Source of the DNA: Candidatus Levybacteria bacterium RIFCSPHIGHO2_01_FULL_37_17
GTDB taxonomy: Bacteria > Patescibacteriota > Microgenomatia > Levybacterales > UBA12049
Assembly (NCBI GenBank): GCA_001782035.1
Contig: MFNL01000001.1
Span: forward strand, 84,078 to 148,077
DNA length: 64,000 nt
Direction: 5' to 3'
Positions within the stretch are counted from its first letter, which is position 1; the number at the start of each line of letters is the position of its first letter. Below the pieces are notes generated by a model. It saw only the letters and a list, made by a program, of their open reading frames with translations, did no database searches and had not been told where the DNA came from. Made by a program: the position numbers and the translations under genes. Positions 1-9,344 of the stretch are shown here, in pieces.

Positions 1-287
1 TTGAAAATTTAAAAAGTGTCTCTTCTCCCTATTTTATTTTAAAATATAAAAAAGGAGATGAAAAAACAGCGCATTTCGGATTCATAGTTTCTAAAAAAAT
101 TAATAAGCGAGCAGTTGTTAGAAATCAAGTAAAAAGGAAGCTGCGAGAAATCGTTGTAAAAAATTTAGAAAGCGTTATGTCTGGAACCTTTTTTTTGATT
201 GCACGAGAAAAAAGCACAGAAGCTAGTTTTGAAAATTTAGATTTCTCTTTCAAGCAAATTTTAAAAAAAGAAAAATTAGTAAAATGA
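1..287 (+). CDS. rnpA: RNase P protein component, 5' truncated by the window edge
   Basis: Frame-3 translation reads ...GFIVSKKINKRAVVRNQVKRKLREIVVKNLESV...KEKLVK*, a typical RnpA C-terminus. The stop overlaps the yidD start (ATGA). The ORF is absent from the track because it has no start in the window. Confidence 0.7.
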   Translation, partial: ENLKSVSSPYFILKYKKGDEKTAHFGFIVSKKINKRAVVRNQVKRKLREIVVKNLESVMSGTFFLIAREKSTEASFENLDFSFKQILKKEKLVK

Positions 288-502
288 AAATTATTTTTAT
301 AACCTTACTTAATGTTTACCAAAAATTTTTATCTCCCCTTTTAAAACAAGCACTGGGGTTCAATAACTCGTGCAGGTTTTATCCAACCTGCTCTGAGTAT
401 GCAAAAATTCAAATCTCAGAAAAAGGAATTTTAAAAGGCACAACCCTTGCAATAGAGAGAATATTAAAATGCCAACCATTTTATAATCCGGCCAAAATAT
501 GA
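284..502 (+). CDS. yidD: membrane protein insertion efficiency factor YidD
   Basis: A 72-aa protein with the hallmark CRFYPTCSEYA motif, sitting between rnpA and yidC. Confidence 0.85.
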   Translation: MKIIFITLLNVYQKFLSPLLKQALGFNNSCRFYPTCSEYAKIQISEKGILKGTTLAIERILKCQPFYNPAKI

Positions 503-1323
503 TTAGTTTTGACACTATTATTTTAAACCCAATTTTAAACGTTCTCCTTATAAACTATAAACTGTTTTCTACCATAGGTGTTCCTTTCGCATTGGGTTTT
601 GCAATAATAGGACTAACAATTGTAATTAGACTTATTCTTTATCCTCTAATGTCCGCACAGCTTAAAGCTGCAAAAAGAATGCAGGAAGTAAGCCCTCATC
701 TATCAAAGCTTAAAGAGAAGTATAAAAATGACGCAAAACTTCTGCAACAGGAAACAATGAAACTTTATAAAGAATTTGGCGTTAATCCTGCTGCTGGATG
801 TCTTCCAATACTAGTACAACTACCGGTTATTTGGGGACTTTACTCGGTATTAATTAAAGTTATTAATCTTGGGTCAAACACCGTTGCGGAAGTTAATAGG
901 CTTGCATATTCTGATTTTCTCAAAATAGACAAAACATGGGATGTATATTTCTTTGCTCTTCCTCTCGCACAAAATCCCGGACAGCTGCTAAGCACAATGG
1001 GACCCATAATACTTCTTGTCCCTTTACTCACAGGACTCTTTCAATTTATTCAGTCGAAGATGATGTTGCCTAAAAAAGTTCTTAAAGAAGAAAAAAAAAT
1101 CGCCGAAGCAACCCCTACAAAAAAAGACGATTTTGCAACCGCGTTCCAATCCCAGTCTCTTTACATTTTCCCAATTATGATTGGATTTTTGTCCTACACT
1201 TTTCCAATTGGACTCTCGCTATATTGGAACACGTTTACCATTTTTGGTATCATACAGCAGTACAAAATTTCAGGCCTTGGTGGACTTGAGGATTTGACAA
1301 GACAAATATGGAAGCGAAATTAA
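499..1323 (+). CDS. yidC: YidC/Oxa1 family membrane protein insertase (short form)
   Basis: A 274-aa polytopic protein with a conserved C-terminal YidC core, in the canonical operon position. Confidence 0.8.
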   Translation: MISFDTIILNPILNVLLINYKLFSTIGVPFALGFAIIGLTIVIRLILYPLMSAQLKAAKRMQEVSPHLSKLKEKYKNDAKLLQQETMKLYKEFGVNPAAGCLPILVQLPVIWGLYSVLIKVINLGSNTVAEVNRLAYSDFLKIDKTWDVYFFALPLAQNPGQLLSTMGPIILLVPLLTGLFQFIQSKMMLPKKVLKEEKKIAEATPTKKDDFATAFQSQSLYIFPIMIGFLSYTFPIGLSLYWNTFTIFGIIQQYKISGLGGLEDLTRQIWKRN

Positions 1324-1748
1324 AAAAATTCATAAAGGAATTTTTTAACATCTTGGAAATTGATGAATCCTTTAATCTAGAAGTAACAGAGGAGGAAATA
1401 AAAGTCTCAATTAGTTCTGAAAACCCCGGCATTCTAATTGGCTATCACGGAGAAACATTGGAGTCCTTGCAACTTATACTCTCTTTGTTTCTTTCCAAAA
1501 AACTTGGCGAGTTTAAGAGAGTGTCTCTTGAAGTAGGAGACTACAAAAAAAATAGAGAAGAATGGTTAAGAAAGCTGGCATTTGATGCAAAAGAAAAAGC
1601 ACTAAGCGAGGGAAGAGAGATTAGGCTTGATGATTTAAAGGCTTGGGAGAGAAGAATAGTTCATATGGAGCTTGCAGATGATAAAGAAGTTCTTTCTGAG
1701 TCTATGGGTGAAGGAAGGGAAAGAGCCCTTGTCATTAGGCCAAGATAA
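1308..1748 (+). CDS. jag: Jag/KhpB-like KH + R3H RNA-binding protein
   Basis: The 146-aa product of the canonical rnpA-yidD-yidC-jag block; its C-terminus looks like an R3H domain (HMELADDKEV...). Confidence 0.7.
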   Translation: MEAKLKKFIKEFFNILEIDESFNLEVTEEEIKVSISSENPGILIGYHGETLESLQLILSLFLSKKLGEFKRVSLEVGDYKKNREEWLRKLAFDAKEKALSEGREIRLDDLKAWERRIVHMELADDKEVLSESMGEGRERALVIRPR

Positions 1749-3003
1749 GACGCTTCCTCTCTTTTACCTTCTTTTGTTTTTTTTACCAACACAATTTGGA
1801 AAACATTTTTGGCCAGAGTCCGCTTTAGTACAAGGACAGAGAATTGACTACATATCACCAACTGTATATGTAACAGACATTTTAATTTTTTTAATCTTTG
1901 TACTTAGCGCGCGATATATAATTTCAACACTTTTGCAAAAGCACAAGAAACAGCTTTTAATCTTTGTACTTTTTACTCTAACACTTGTTGTTGGAGTATC
2001 GATCTCAAAAAATCCACAAGCAGGAGTCTGGGGAATTTTAAAGCTTCTTGAGTTTACCTTTCTTGGCGTATTTATTTATATAAATAAAAGGTCGTTGAAT
2101 TTGAATACCATTGCTATAATTTTTTCCATGAGTATTATATTTGAGTCTCTCCTTGCAATATTCCAGTACATTAATAAGGGTTCGTTTCAGGGTATATTTT
2201 ATTTCTTAGGAGAACGTGGCTTTAACAGTACAACACCGGGCGTTGCAAATGCTTCTATAGATGGCAATATTATTCTCAGGCCTTACGGAACATTCTCACA
2301 CCCAAATGTTCTAGCAGGATATCTTGTTTTGTCAATGGTAGTTTGTGCCTTGCTTGTTAAAAAGCTTAATAGATATTATCTAATAGCATTTCTGATTGGA
2401 ATATGTGGTGTGTTTATATCCTTCTCCCGCACTGCAATAGTTGCATTAGTTTTATTCATTTTTAGTTTCTTTATAATTTCCATTTACGAAAAATATAAGA
2501 AAGGCAAACTGAATCTTGCTGCTAATAAAAACAATTTACTACTTTTATTGCCACTGCTTTTTATAATAATGTTATTTTTAGGCGGCTTAATATACGGAAG
2601 GTTTCTTAACTTAAATTTTTATGATGAGTCTGTATCTAATCGAGTAGCTCTTGCAAAAGAATCCGTCAGAATGATTGCAGGAAATCCCGTATTTGGGATT
2701 GGGATAAATAACTTTTTTGACAGCCTAAACCCAGGCTTTAAAAATTTTTCAGAGATACAGCCGGTTCACAATATTTTCTTGCTTACCTTTTCGGAGACTG
2801 GGATAATTGGGCTTTCATTCTTAATACTTCTTTTAACTATGGCTGCCAAGAACAATAAGCTTAGCTTCATAGCTGTTTTTGCAGTGATCATTTTGGGAAG
2901 CCTAGATCATTATTTATTAACACTTCAACAGGGACAGCTTATTTTTACCATCTTAATTTCACTTTTTCTTGAGCGTGGTCTTTCTGCTAGAATAGAATTA
3001 TAA
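1672..3003 (+). CDS. O-antigen ligase (Wzy_C)-like polytopic membrane protein; true start probably downstream (~1774, TTG)
   Basis: A multi-TM protein with a PTQFGKHFWP N-terminus typical of O-antigen-ligase-family proteins. The track start overlaps jag and is probably over-extended. Confidence 0.6.
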   Translation: MQMIKKFFLSLWVKEGKEPLSLGQDKTLPLFYLLLFFLPTQFGKHFWPESALVQGQRIDYISPTVYVTDILIFLIFVLSARYIISTLLQKHKKQLLIFVLFTLTLVVGVSISKNPQAGVWGILKLLEFTFLGVFIYINKRSLNLNTIAIIFSMSIIFESLLAIFQYINKGSFQGIFYFLGERGFNSTTPGVANASIDGNIILRPYGTFSHPNVLAGYLVLSMVVCALLVKKLNRYYLIAFLIGICGVFISFSRTAIVALVLFIFSFFIISIYEKYKKGKLNLAANKNNLLLLLPLLFIIMLFLGGLIYGRFLNLNFYDESVSNRVALAKESVRMIAGNPVFGIGINNFFDSLNPGFKNFSEIQPVHNIFLLTFSETGIIGLSFLILLLTMAAKNNKLSFIAVFAVIILGSLDHYLLTLQQGQLIFTILISLFLERGLSARIEL

Positions 3004-3425
3004 TGGCAGACGTATTTGTTTATACAGATGGTGGAGCAAGAGGAAACCCGGGACCTGCTGCAATAGGAGTATACATTGAAAACGGAAGTGGTCAGCCTCT
3101 GTTTCTATCCGGGAAAAAAATTGGGGAAACCACAAATAACATTGCAGAATACACCGCTATTCTTGAGGCATATAACTGGCTCATTGTAAACAAAAACCTA
3201 CTCGATGCTGACGCAAAAATCCATTTTTATATGGATTCTCTTCTTGCATATTCACATATAAGTAGACTTTATAAAATAAAAAATGAAAACTTAAGACAAC
3301 TTGTGTTAGAAATTTGGGAGAAAGAAAAAAACTTGGGTATTCCGGTATTTTATAACCACGTGAGACGTGAAGGAAATAAAAAGGCGGATTTGTTGGTAAA
3401 TCAAGCATTAGATAATTTAATCTGA
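3003..3425 (+). CDS. rnhA: ribonuclease HI
   Basis: N-terminus VYTDGGARGNPGPAAIGV with conserved RNase H catalytic residues; 140 aa. Confidence 0.8.
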   Translation: MADVFVYTDGGARGNPGPAAIGVYIENGSGQPLFLSGKKIGETTNNIAEYTAILEAYNWLIVNKNLLDADAKIHFYMDSLLAYSHISRLYKIKNENLRQLVLEIWEKEKNLGIPVFYNHVRREGNKKADLLVNQALDNLI

Positions 3426-6110
3426 ATGAACTCACCTGCTCTTGTTACAAAAGAATTTAAAAGTGAATTTCCAGTGCTTGTCGTTGATAAAATAGGCATC
3501 CTCGGGGCTGCGCTAGCAGAAAAAATAAAGGATGAGACGCTAGTTATTTTGGTAAGCGCCAAAAAACAAGAAGACCCAAATATTATTCATATACCATATG
3601 AAAGAATTACTCCAAGCATTCCCGATAACACATATTCACACATTTTTCTAATTGACGAAGACGGAGTCTTATCAAAAAGTATGATTACGCCTTTCGTAAA
3701 AAAAGCAGAACACGACGGCTCTGAATTAGTTCTAGTTTTAAGACGAGATATGCTCCAAGATGACTTTGCCGATAGTTTCATTTCTTCCTACGATAAGGCA
3801 AAGATTGTTATAACAGGAGATATTTTTGCTAGCGATTATATTTTTGATTCATCAACAGACATAAATCGTTTTATAAAACATGCAAAAGAAAATAAAAAGA
3901 TAGAAATTGCAGGCGAAGGTTTAAGGCAAACATTCCCCGTTTTTGTCGAAGACGCTGTATGGGGAATACTCCAAGCCGGCTTTATTGAAAAAGACGATAG
4001 AGCTTTTAAAATTTATCCAAGCGGTTATACGCTTCTTTCCATCTCCCGAATTTTACAAAAAATTGATCCGGACCTAAAAATAAACTTTGTAGAAGACAAA
4101 TCGTCACTCCCGAAAGGACAAAATGAGCACCAAGGAAAAATGCTTTTAGATAAAAACTACGACTTGGAAGCAAGGATAAAAAAAATCAAATTTGAAAAGG
4201 CTAAATTTGAAGAAGTCGAGCGCAGAAAAGAGAGCAAACCCTCCATTGAGCTTATTAGATTTAGTGGTCTATCTCGGTTTATTGCAGTAAGTCTTCTAAC
4301 ACTTTTTCTTGTTTTAATCATGCCGATTTTTTTTACTCTTATTTCTTTTTTTGCGGGAGCTCTTCTTTTGCAAGGGGCTAAAATTCAAGTCGAAAAGGGG
4401 CAATTTGAATCATCAAAAAATTACACACAAAGCTCGTACTATGCATTCATATTTTCCCATAGCTCTTTTCCAATTTTCTTAAAAGAGGCAAGCTTTGTAG
4501 GATTGGAAGGAAAAGCGTTAGAGCTTTCAACCAAAATAGATCAAGGAAAAGAAGCATCGTTTGCAATACTAAGTTTTTTTAAAAGCGTAGATAAAATTAA
4601 AAGAATTTTTGATGGCAGCGCTTCTGTTTCGGAAAAAGAATTCAGTGAAGTAGCAGATGATATAAAGCTTTCTTTGGTTTTTTACCAAAAACAGAAAAAT
4701 AATGGAGTCATTCCTGAATCGATAAGTAAAAAATTCGAACCACTTCTGACATTTACCTCTGCAACAATTGAAAGCTGGCCTGAAATTCTGGGATTTAAAG
4801 GGGAAAGAAAGTATTTAATACTGTTGCAAAACAATATGGAGCTAAGAGCTACAGGCGGATTCATAGGCTCTTTTGCTATTACCAGAATTAAAAATGGCAA
4901 ACTTACAAATTTTAAAATTTATGATGTATATGATGCAGACGGACAGCTGAAAGGGCATATTGAGCCTCCATTTGCAATTCGAAGATACCTTAGCTCTCCG
5001 AACTGGTATTTAAGAGATAGTAACTTCGATATCGACTTTTCCCAAAGCGCACAGGCTTCTGCAGTTTTTCTACAAACAGAGCTTAAAGAAACAGTGGATG
5101 GAGTCCTTGCAGTTGACCTCTCATTCGTACGTAGCTTGCTTGAGACTATCGGAGACGTTAAGGTTTTGGATTATAACGAGACAGTCAATTCGGATAACCT
5201 CTTCCAACTAACTCAGGCAAAAGTGGAAGAGAATTTTTTTCCGGGTTCCAAACAAAAAAAAGATTTTCTAAGAAGTTTATATGTTTCAATTCAAACCAAG
5301 CTATCAAGTGATAAAACTACCCCCTATTTAAATGTTCTTCAAAGCGCTATAGCATCGGTTTCTGAAAAGCATATTTTATTTGCGTTTAATAAGGTAAACG
5401 TATCATCGCTTTTTTCAGTAAACGGTTGGGGAGGAACGCTTTTTGACGACAGGAAAAAATCGGATGCAACCATTAATGACTTTGTTGGAATTAATGAATC
5501 TAATTTTGGAGCAAATAAAGTAAATTATTATTTATCAAGAAGTCAGAACTTAAGTACAACAATTGCGGAAAATGGGGAAGTCACAAATGTATTAAAATTA
5601 AGTTATAAAAACAACGCGCCCAAGAGCTTAAACACTAAAGGCTTATATAAAAATTATTTAAGACTTATACTTCCTTTTGCAAGCCAGATTTCAAAAGTAG
5701 AAATAGATGGGATTGAGCAAAGCATTATTCCAGCGGTAACGCAGCCTAGTGTTTATGAGGCAACAAATTTTAAACCCCCTCAGGGACTTGAAATTGAAGT
5801 GACTGAAAATTCGGCAAAGTCTGTTTTCGGAATGTTATTAAACATAGAGCCAGAAGCATTAAAAACCATAACGATAACTTATAAGTTGGCAAGTAAACTT
5901 AACTTGAACCAGGCTAGTTTTAATTATAGTTTAAAAGCCTACAAACAGCCGGGAATTGATAATATTCCTTTTGGTTTCTCACTTAATTTACCAAGTTTTT
6001 TAACAGTTGTTGACTATCCGAAAGAAGCAGGTATTAAATCTAATGGAGCAAGCTTTTCGTCAAGCTTAAGGAAGGATTCAGACTTTATTTTTAATCTTTC
6101 CAAGAAATAG
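3426..6110 (+). CDS. large DUF4012-family protein with an N-terminal Rossmann-like region and one TM segment
   Basis: An 894-aa protein carrying the RATGGFIGSFA motif characteristic of DUF4012, plus a TM helix near residue 290. Confidence 0.5.
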   Translation: MNSPALVTKEFKSEFPVLVVDKIGILGAALAEKIKDETLVILVSAKKQEDPNIIHIPYERITPSIPDNTYSHIFLIDEDGVLSKSMITPFVKKAEHDGSELVLVLRRDMLQDDFADSFISSYDKAKIVITGDIFASDYIFDSSTDINRFIKHAKENKKIEIAGEGLRQTFPVFVEDAVWGILQAGFIEKDDRAFKIYPSGYTLLSISRILQKIDPDLKINFVEDKSSLPKGQNEHQGKMLLDKNYDLEARIKKIKFEKAKFEEVERRKESKPSIELIRFSGLSRFIAVSLLTLFLVLIMPIFFTLISFFAGALLLQGAKIQVEKGQFESSKNYTQSSYYAFIFSHSSFPIFLKEASFVGLEGKALELSTKIDQGKEASFAILSFFKSVDKIKRIFDGSASVSEKEFSEVADDIKLSLVFYQKQKNNGVIPESISKKFEPLLTFTSATIESWPEILGFKGERKYLILLQNNMELRATGGFIGSFAITRIKNGKLTNFKIYDVYDADGQLKGHIEPPFAIRRYLSSPNWYLRDSNFDIDFSQSAQASAVFLQTELKETVDGVLAVDLSFVRSLLETIGDVKVLDYNETVNSDNLFQLTQAKVEENFFPGSKQKKDFLRSLYVSIQTKLSSDKTTPYLNVLQSAIASVSEKHILFAFNKVNVSSLFSVNGWGGTLFDDRKKSDATINDFVGINESNFGANKVNYYLSRSQNLSTTIAENGEVTNVLKLSYKNNAPKSLNTKGLYKNYLRLILPFASQISKVEIDGIEQSIIPAVTQPSVYEATNFKPPQGLEIEVTENSAKSVFGMLLNIEPEALKTITITYKLASKLNLNQASFNYSLKAYKQPGIDNIPFGFSLNLPSFLTVVDYPKEAGIKSNGASFSSSLRKDSDFIFNLSKK

Positions 6111-6722
6111 TTCGATAAAGTCATTTTTAGTTCTTTGTATATTTCTCCCGTGCTCTATTAATAAATACGTTAGAGCAAGCCAGTCCTTTTTTTCAAAAAG
6201 CTTCATTAAATCTTGTTCTATCTTGTCAACATTTCTGTGTTTAGTAAAGCCGTATTTTAAAGACAATCTTTTAACATGAGTATCTACAGCGATCCCTTCA
6301 TAAATTCCAAAAGCGTTGCCTAAAACCACATTTGCAGTTTTTCTCCCAACTCCCGGAAGGCTTATCAACTGGCGCATATCTTTAGGAACTTGACTATTAA
6401 ACTCCTTAAGTATCTTGCCTGCGGTCTTTTTAATATTTCTTGCTTTTGTTTTATAAAGTCCAACCTGCTTTAAATCTTGCTCAAAATCTTTTAAATTAAC
6501 ATTCGAATAATTTTCTATCTCACCTCGCATGTTTCTACCTCTATATTTTGGAAATAGTTTTGATGTCACTTTGTTAACTTGGACGTCTCTGGTTTGAGTG
6601 GAAAGCATAACAGAGAGCAAAAGCTCGAATTCGTTTGAGTAATTAAGAATTATTTTTGCGCTTGGGTAGCTTTTTTTAAGAAGTTTAAGAATTTTGCTTG
6701 CCCTTTTCTTGTCCATCTGCAT
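6078..6722 (-). CDS. nth: endonuclease III-like HhH-GPD DNA glycosylase; lacks Fe-S cluster cysteines
   Basis: Contains the LPGVGRKTANVVL helix-hairpin-helix and the catalytic region. There is no Cys in the whole protein. Confidence 0.7.
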   Translation of the reverse strand: MQMDKKRASKILKLLKKSYPSAKIILNYSNEFELLLSVMLSTQTRDVQVNKVTSKLFPKYRGRNMRGEIENYSNVNLKDFEQDLKQVGLYKTKARNIKKTAGKILKEFNSQVPKDMRQLISLPGVGRKTANVVLGNAFGIYEGIAVDTHVKRLSLKYGFTKHRNVDKIEQDLMKLFEKKDWLALTYLLIEHGRNIQRTKNDFIELFLGKIKNKV

Positions 6723-6939
6723 TTTGAGGTTGTTTGAGACTATTTAAAGAATTGTGTCTTGGATTTGCAATAATGGTTACATTACCTAACTTGATCCTTA
6801 CCATTTTGGTATGTCTTACTGCCCAAGGGTCCTCGAAAGGACGCCTACCACTAGGTATTCTTTCGCCTGCCATACCATGTATTATAACGCAAGACTGCAA
6901 TTATTGCTAAAAAAAATAAATCCAAGTAGAATTAGTGTG

Positions 6940-8979
6940 ATGCAAAAGGATGGTGAAATCTATAAAAGTTGGGAAGAGAAGGGTTATTTTAAACCGGAGT
7001 TGCACACAAATGGAAACCCTTATTCCATAATTCTTCCGCCTCCAAACGCCAATGCTCCGCTTCATTTTGGCCACGCTATGTATACGGTTGAGGATATTTT
7101 AATCCGTTACCATAGACTATTAGGCGATAAAACTTTGTGGCTTCCGGGTGCAGATCATGCAGGCTTTGAAACCCAATTTGTTTTTGAAAAAAAGCTTTTG
7201 GAAAAGGGTAAATCCCGCTTTGACTACGATAGAGAAACTCTTTATAAAATGATTTGGGATTTTGCTGCCGAAAATAGACCAGTAATGGAAAACCAGCTTA
7301 AAAGACTTGGTTTTTCACTCGATTGGAGTAGAAGTAAATTTACACTAGAAGAAGATATTATAAAAATAGTTTATAAGACATTTAAGAAGCTTTATGAAGA
7401 CGGTTTGGTTTATAGAGCTGAAAAGCTAGTAAATTATTGTACTTATGATGGCACTTCATTTTCTGATCTCGAGGTTATATATGAAGAGAAAAATTCTCCT
7501 CTTTACTATATAAAGTATGGACCTCTCACTCTTGCAACAACAAGACCCGAGACAAAATTCGGAGATACTGCCGTTGCGGTTAATCCAAGGGACAAGCGTT
7601 ACAAGCAGTATATCGGCAAGGAAATAGAAATTGAGACTGTATTTGGCAAGGCAAAGCTAAAGGTAATTGCAGATGATATGGTTGACCCGGAATTTGGAAC
7701 GGGGGTTGTAAAGATAACCCCGGCACATGATTTCAACGATTTTGAAGCAGGACAGAGACATAATTTGCCAAGCGTTCAAGTAATTGGGTTAGACGGAAAA
7801 ATGAATGAAAAAGCAGGAAAACTCAAAGGGCTATATGTTAAGCAAGCTCGTAAAGCAATCGTAGAGGAAATGCAGAAGAAAGGACTGGTTGAAAAAATTG
7901 ACGAAAGTTACATAAATAGAATAGGAGTTTGCTACAAATGTAAAAACCCAATCGAACCTCTGCCCCTGGAGCAGTGGTTTATAAAAATGGAGCCTTTAGC
8001 AAAATATGCAATCAAGGCTGTAAAAGAGGGCAAATTAAAAATTTATCCCAAGAATTTTGAAAAGCTGTATTTCCAGTTTCTCGAAAACATAAGAGACTGG
8101 AATATAAGTAGGCAAATTGTCTGGGGAATAAGAATTCCAGCTTGGCAAAATAAAAAAACAAGAGAGTGGAAAGTAACAGAAGGCGAGAATCCTGGCGATG
8201 ACTATATTCAGGATAATGACACTTTCGATACGTGGTTTTCGTCCGGACAGTGGCCTTATGCGTCACTCGCGGCTACAAATTCTTTGGAATTTTATCCAAC
8301 AAGCGTTATGGAAACAGGTTATGACATACTCCGCTGGTGGGTGGCAAGAATGATGATGCTTGGTATTTATATGACCGGGAAGCCTCCTTTTAAAGATATT
8401 TTGCTACATGGATTAGTTAATGACCCGTTGGGCAAAAAAATGAGCAAAAGCAAGGGAAATGTAATAGATCCAATTGAAATAGTTGAGCAGTATGGTGCAG
8501 ATACAGTTAGATTTGCGCTTGTTTATGGAAACGCAACCGGAAATGATCAGGCGTTATCTTACACAAAGCTTGAGGCAGCGAAAAAATTTATTAACAAACT
8601 AAGAAACATAGCAAGGTTTGTTGTTGAAATGAAACCGAAGACAAGCTCTAAAGAGGCAGCACAGAGAATAGAGGATATAAAAGTTATGAAAAATTTGGAA
8701 AAAGTCACAAAAGATGTCACCGATGCTTTGGAAAGATATGATTTTAATTTTGCTTTAAATATGCTTTATGAATTTATTTGGCATTATTTTGCAGATGTTT
8801 ATATTGAACAATCTAAAAAAAGAAGGGAAGAAGCGCAACCTTATCTTGAACATATTTTAAAAACTATGCTTATTCTTCTACACCCTTTCATGCCTTTTAT
8901 TACAGAAGAGCTTTATTTGCAGCTTCCAAACCATTTGGAATCAATAATGCTTGAAAAATGGCCAAAAGTAAAAGCTTAA
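6940..8979 (+). CDS. valS: valyl-tRNA synthetase (compact, no long C-terminal coiled coil)
   Basis: HFGHA (HIGH-type) and KMSKSKGN motifs plus the CP1 editing signature TTRPETKFGDTAVAVNP. The track ORF begins at 6811, but the first plausible start is the ATG at 6940 (MQKDGEIYKSWEEKGYF). Confidence 0.8.
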   Translation: MQKDGEIYKSWEEKGYFKPELHTNGNPYSIILPPPNANAPLHFGHAMYTVEDILIRYHRLLGDKTLWLPGADHAGFETQFVFEKKLLEKGKSRFDYDRETLYKMIWDFAAENRPVMENQLKRLGFSLDWSRSKFTLEEDIIKIVYKTFKKLYEDGLVYRAEKLVNYCTYDGTSFSDLEVIYEEKNSPLYYIKYGPLTLATTRPETKFGDTAVAVNPRDKRYKQYIGKEIEIETVFGKAKLKVIADDMVDPEFGTGVVKITPAHDFNDFEAGQRHNLPSVQVIGLDGKMNEKAGKLKGLYVKQARKAIVEEMQKKGLVEKIDESYINRIGVCYKCKNPIEPLPLEQWFIKMEPLAKYAIKAVKEGKLKIYPKNFEKLYFQFLENIRDWNISRQIVWGIRIPAWQNKKTREWKVTEGENPGDDYIQDNDTFDTWFSSGQWPYASLAATNSLEFYPTSVMETGYDILRWWVARMMMLGIYMTGKPPFKDILLHGLVNDPLGKKMSKSKGNVIDPIEIVEQYGADTVRFALVYGNATGNDQALSYTKLEAAKKFINKLRNIARFVVEMKPKTSSKEAAQRIEDIKVMKNLEKVTKDVTDALERYDFNFALNMLYEFIWHYFADVYIEQSKKRREEAQPYLEHILKTMLILLHPFMPFITEELYLQLPNHLESIMLEKWPKVKA

Positions 8980-9344
8980 ACCCACAATTACCGAAGAATT
9001 ACCGAAGAATTACCGAAAAGGGTATTTTGTTGCTAGTTCTAATTTCAATTTTGAGCTTAATCATATTTATTTCCTTAGTTTCGGTTCAGGCATATGATGA
9101 TTTCCAAAAATACCTGGTAATTTCAAAAGAAAGACAAAACTTTTATGAGAAATTAAACTTTTGGAGTTCGATTTTGGATAAGTATCCGGGATATTCAGAC
9201 GCCTCATTTAATATTTCTCTTTTATATTTTCAACTTAATCAATTGGATAAAGCAAGAATTTATCTTGAAAAAACCTTAAGCTTTGACCCAAATTATCCCC
9301 AGGCCGAGAAACTAGAAAAGGAGCTTGAAAAAAGAGGCTATTAG
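8958..9344 (+). CDS. membrane-anchored TPR-like protein; start uncertain (possibly TTG ~9027)
   Basis: One N-terminal TM helix followed by a TPR-like helical region. The track start lies inside valS. Confidence 0.4.
   Translation: MAKSKSLNPQLPKNYRRITEKGILLLVLISILSLIIFISLVSVQAYDDFQKYLVISKERQNFYEKLNFWSSILDKYPGYSDASFNISLLYFQLNQLDKARIYLEKTLSFDPNYPQAEKLEKELEKRGY
8987..9019 (+). repeat. tandem 11-bp repeat (ATTACCGAAGA x2, plus ATTACCGAAAA)
   Basis: Three head-to-tail copies read directly, located between the valS stop and the TM region of the next gene. Confidence 0.8.

Noticed and set aside
6685-6900. 71-aa minus-strand ORF between nth and valS
   Set aside because: It lies in the valS upstream or leader region, overlaps the structured element, shows no protein-like features, and has no promoter. 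It is most likely a spurious ORF.
6830-6945. T-box riboswitch upstream of valS
   Set aside because: No AGGGTGGNACCGCG-type T-box sequence or recognisable specifier-loop context was found. Only a generic nested hairpin is present.
8987-9019. CRISPR-like repeat
   Set aside because: It is a contiguous tandem repeat of an 11-bp unit with no spacers, not a CRISPR array. No repeat-spacer array was seen anywhere in the window.
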